Source of the DNA: Kofleriaceae bacterium
Lineage (GTDB): Bacteria; Myxococcota_A; Polyangia; Haliangiales; Haliangiaceae
DNA: 37,456 nucleotides
Direction: 5' to 3'
Assembly (NCBI GenBank): GCA_018057605.1
Contig: JAGPDK010000001.1
Location: forward strand, 1-37,456
Made by a program: the position numbers and the translations under genes. Positions 37,258-37,456 of the stretch are shown here, piece by piece (position 1 is the stretch's first letter; each line of letters opens with the position of its first letter). The notes below the pieces were generated by a model. That model was not told where the DNA came from, ran no database searches, and saw only the letters and a program-made list of their open reading frames with translations.

Positions 37258-37456
37258 ATGAAAAGCCTATTTTTCGCTGTTGCCCTCGCTATTGGGTTGG
37301 CTGCCTGCGGCGGCAACGATGAGCCCAAAACCCCAGATGCCCCGATTCTGCTTGCAGACGCGCCCAAAGCCGATGCACCCCCAGCTGCTACCAACATCCT
37401 TGGCCAACGCTGCGGTCAAACCGCTGGTGCGTGTCCTGCTGGCAATACCTGTGCAC
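37258..37456 (+). CDS. lipoprotein (partial, runs off the 3' end of the window)
   Basis: ATG at 37258. MKSLFFAVALAIGLAACGGN is a classical lipobox. Pro/Ala-rich linker, then Cys-containing QRCGQTAGACPAGNTCA. Confidence 0.5.
   Translation, partial: MKSLFFAVALAIGLAACGGNDEPKTPDAPILLADAPKADAPPAATNILGQRCGQTAGACPAGNTCA

Overview
This 37.5-kb window looks chromosomal and probably comes from a Myxococcota-like bacterium. That assignment is an inference from a MYXO-CTERM-like sorting tail, a CxxxDxDCD cysteine-rich repeat protein and many lipoproteins. G+C is moderate to high, roughly 55-62% by eye. I saw no rRNA, tRNA, CRISPR array or intact transposase.

Housekeeping genes recognisable from their motifs are ribF, dapA, dapB, speA, nadA, def and pyrD. 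With them are a MoxR / DUF58 / transglutaminase trio, an L,D-transpeptidase-like lipoprotein, a HelD-like UvrD-family helicase, an MFS transporter, a GNAT acetyltransferase and several secreted or lipoproteins, two of which carry zinc-peptidase motifs.

The accessory or unexplained parts are:
- A very GC-rich phosphotransferase (APH-family) gene lies beside a truncated DUF222 (HNH-endonuclease N-terminal) ORF. Together they look like a horizontal-transfer scar.
- A two-domain AAA+ ATPase (degenerate D1, canonical D2) is divergently paired with a 439-aa orphan protein. A 98-aa ORF, an MFS gene and an orphan lipoprotein follow the ATPase. This is my best candidate for an undescribed module.
- A 1235-aa helical-repeat orphan heads a tightly packed string with pyrD, def and a GNAT that has a basic tail.
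- A 32-bp repeat occurs once intergenically and once in frame inside the L,D-transpeptidase gene.
- A 420-bp block of nested direct and inverted repeats sits next to a 44-codon aquaporin-Z N-terminal remnant that the 60-aa ORF track does not list.

All functional calls rest on motifs read from the translations. No database search was run.
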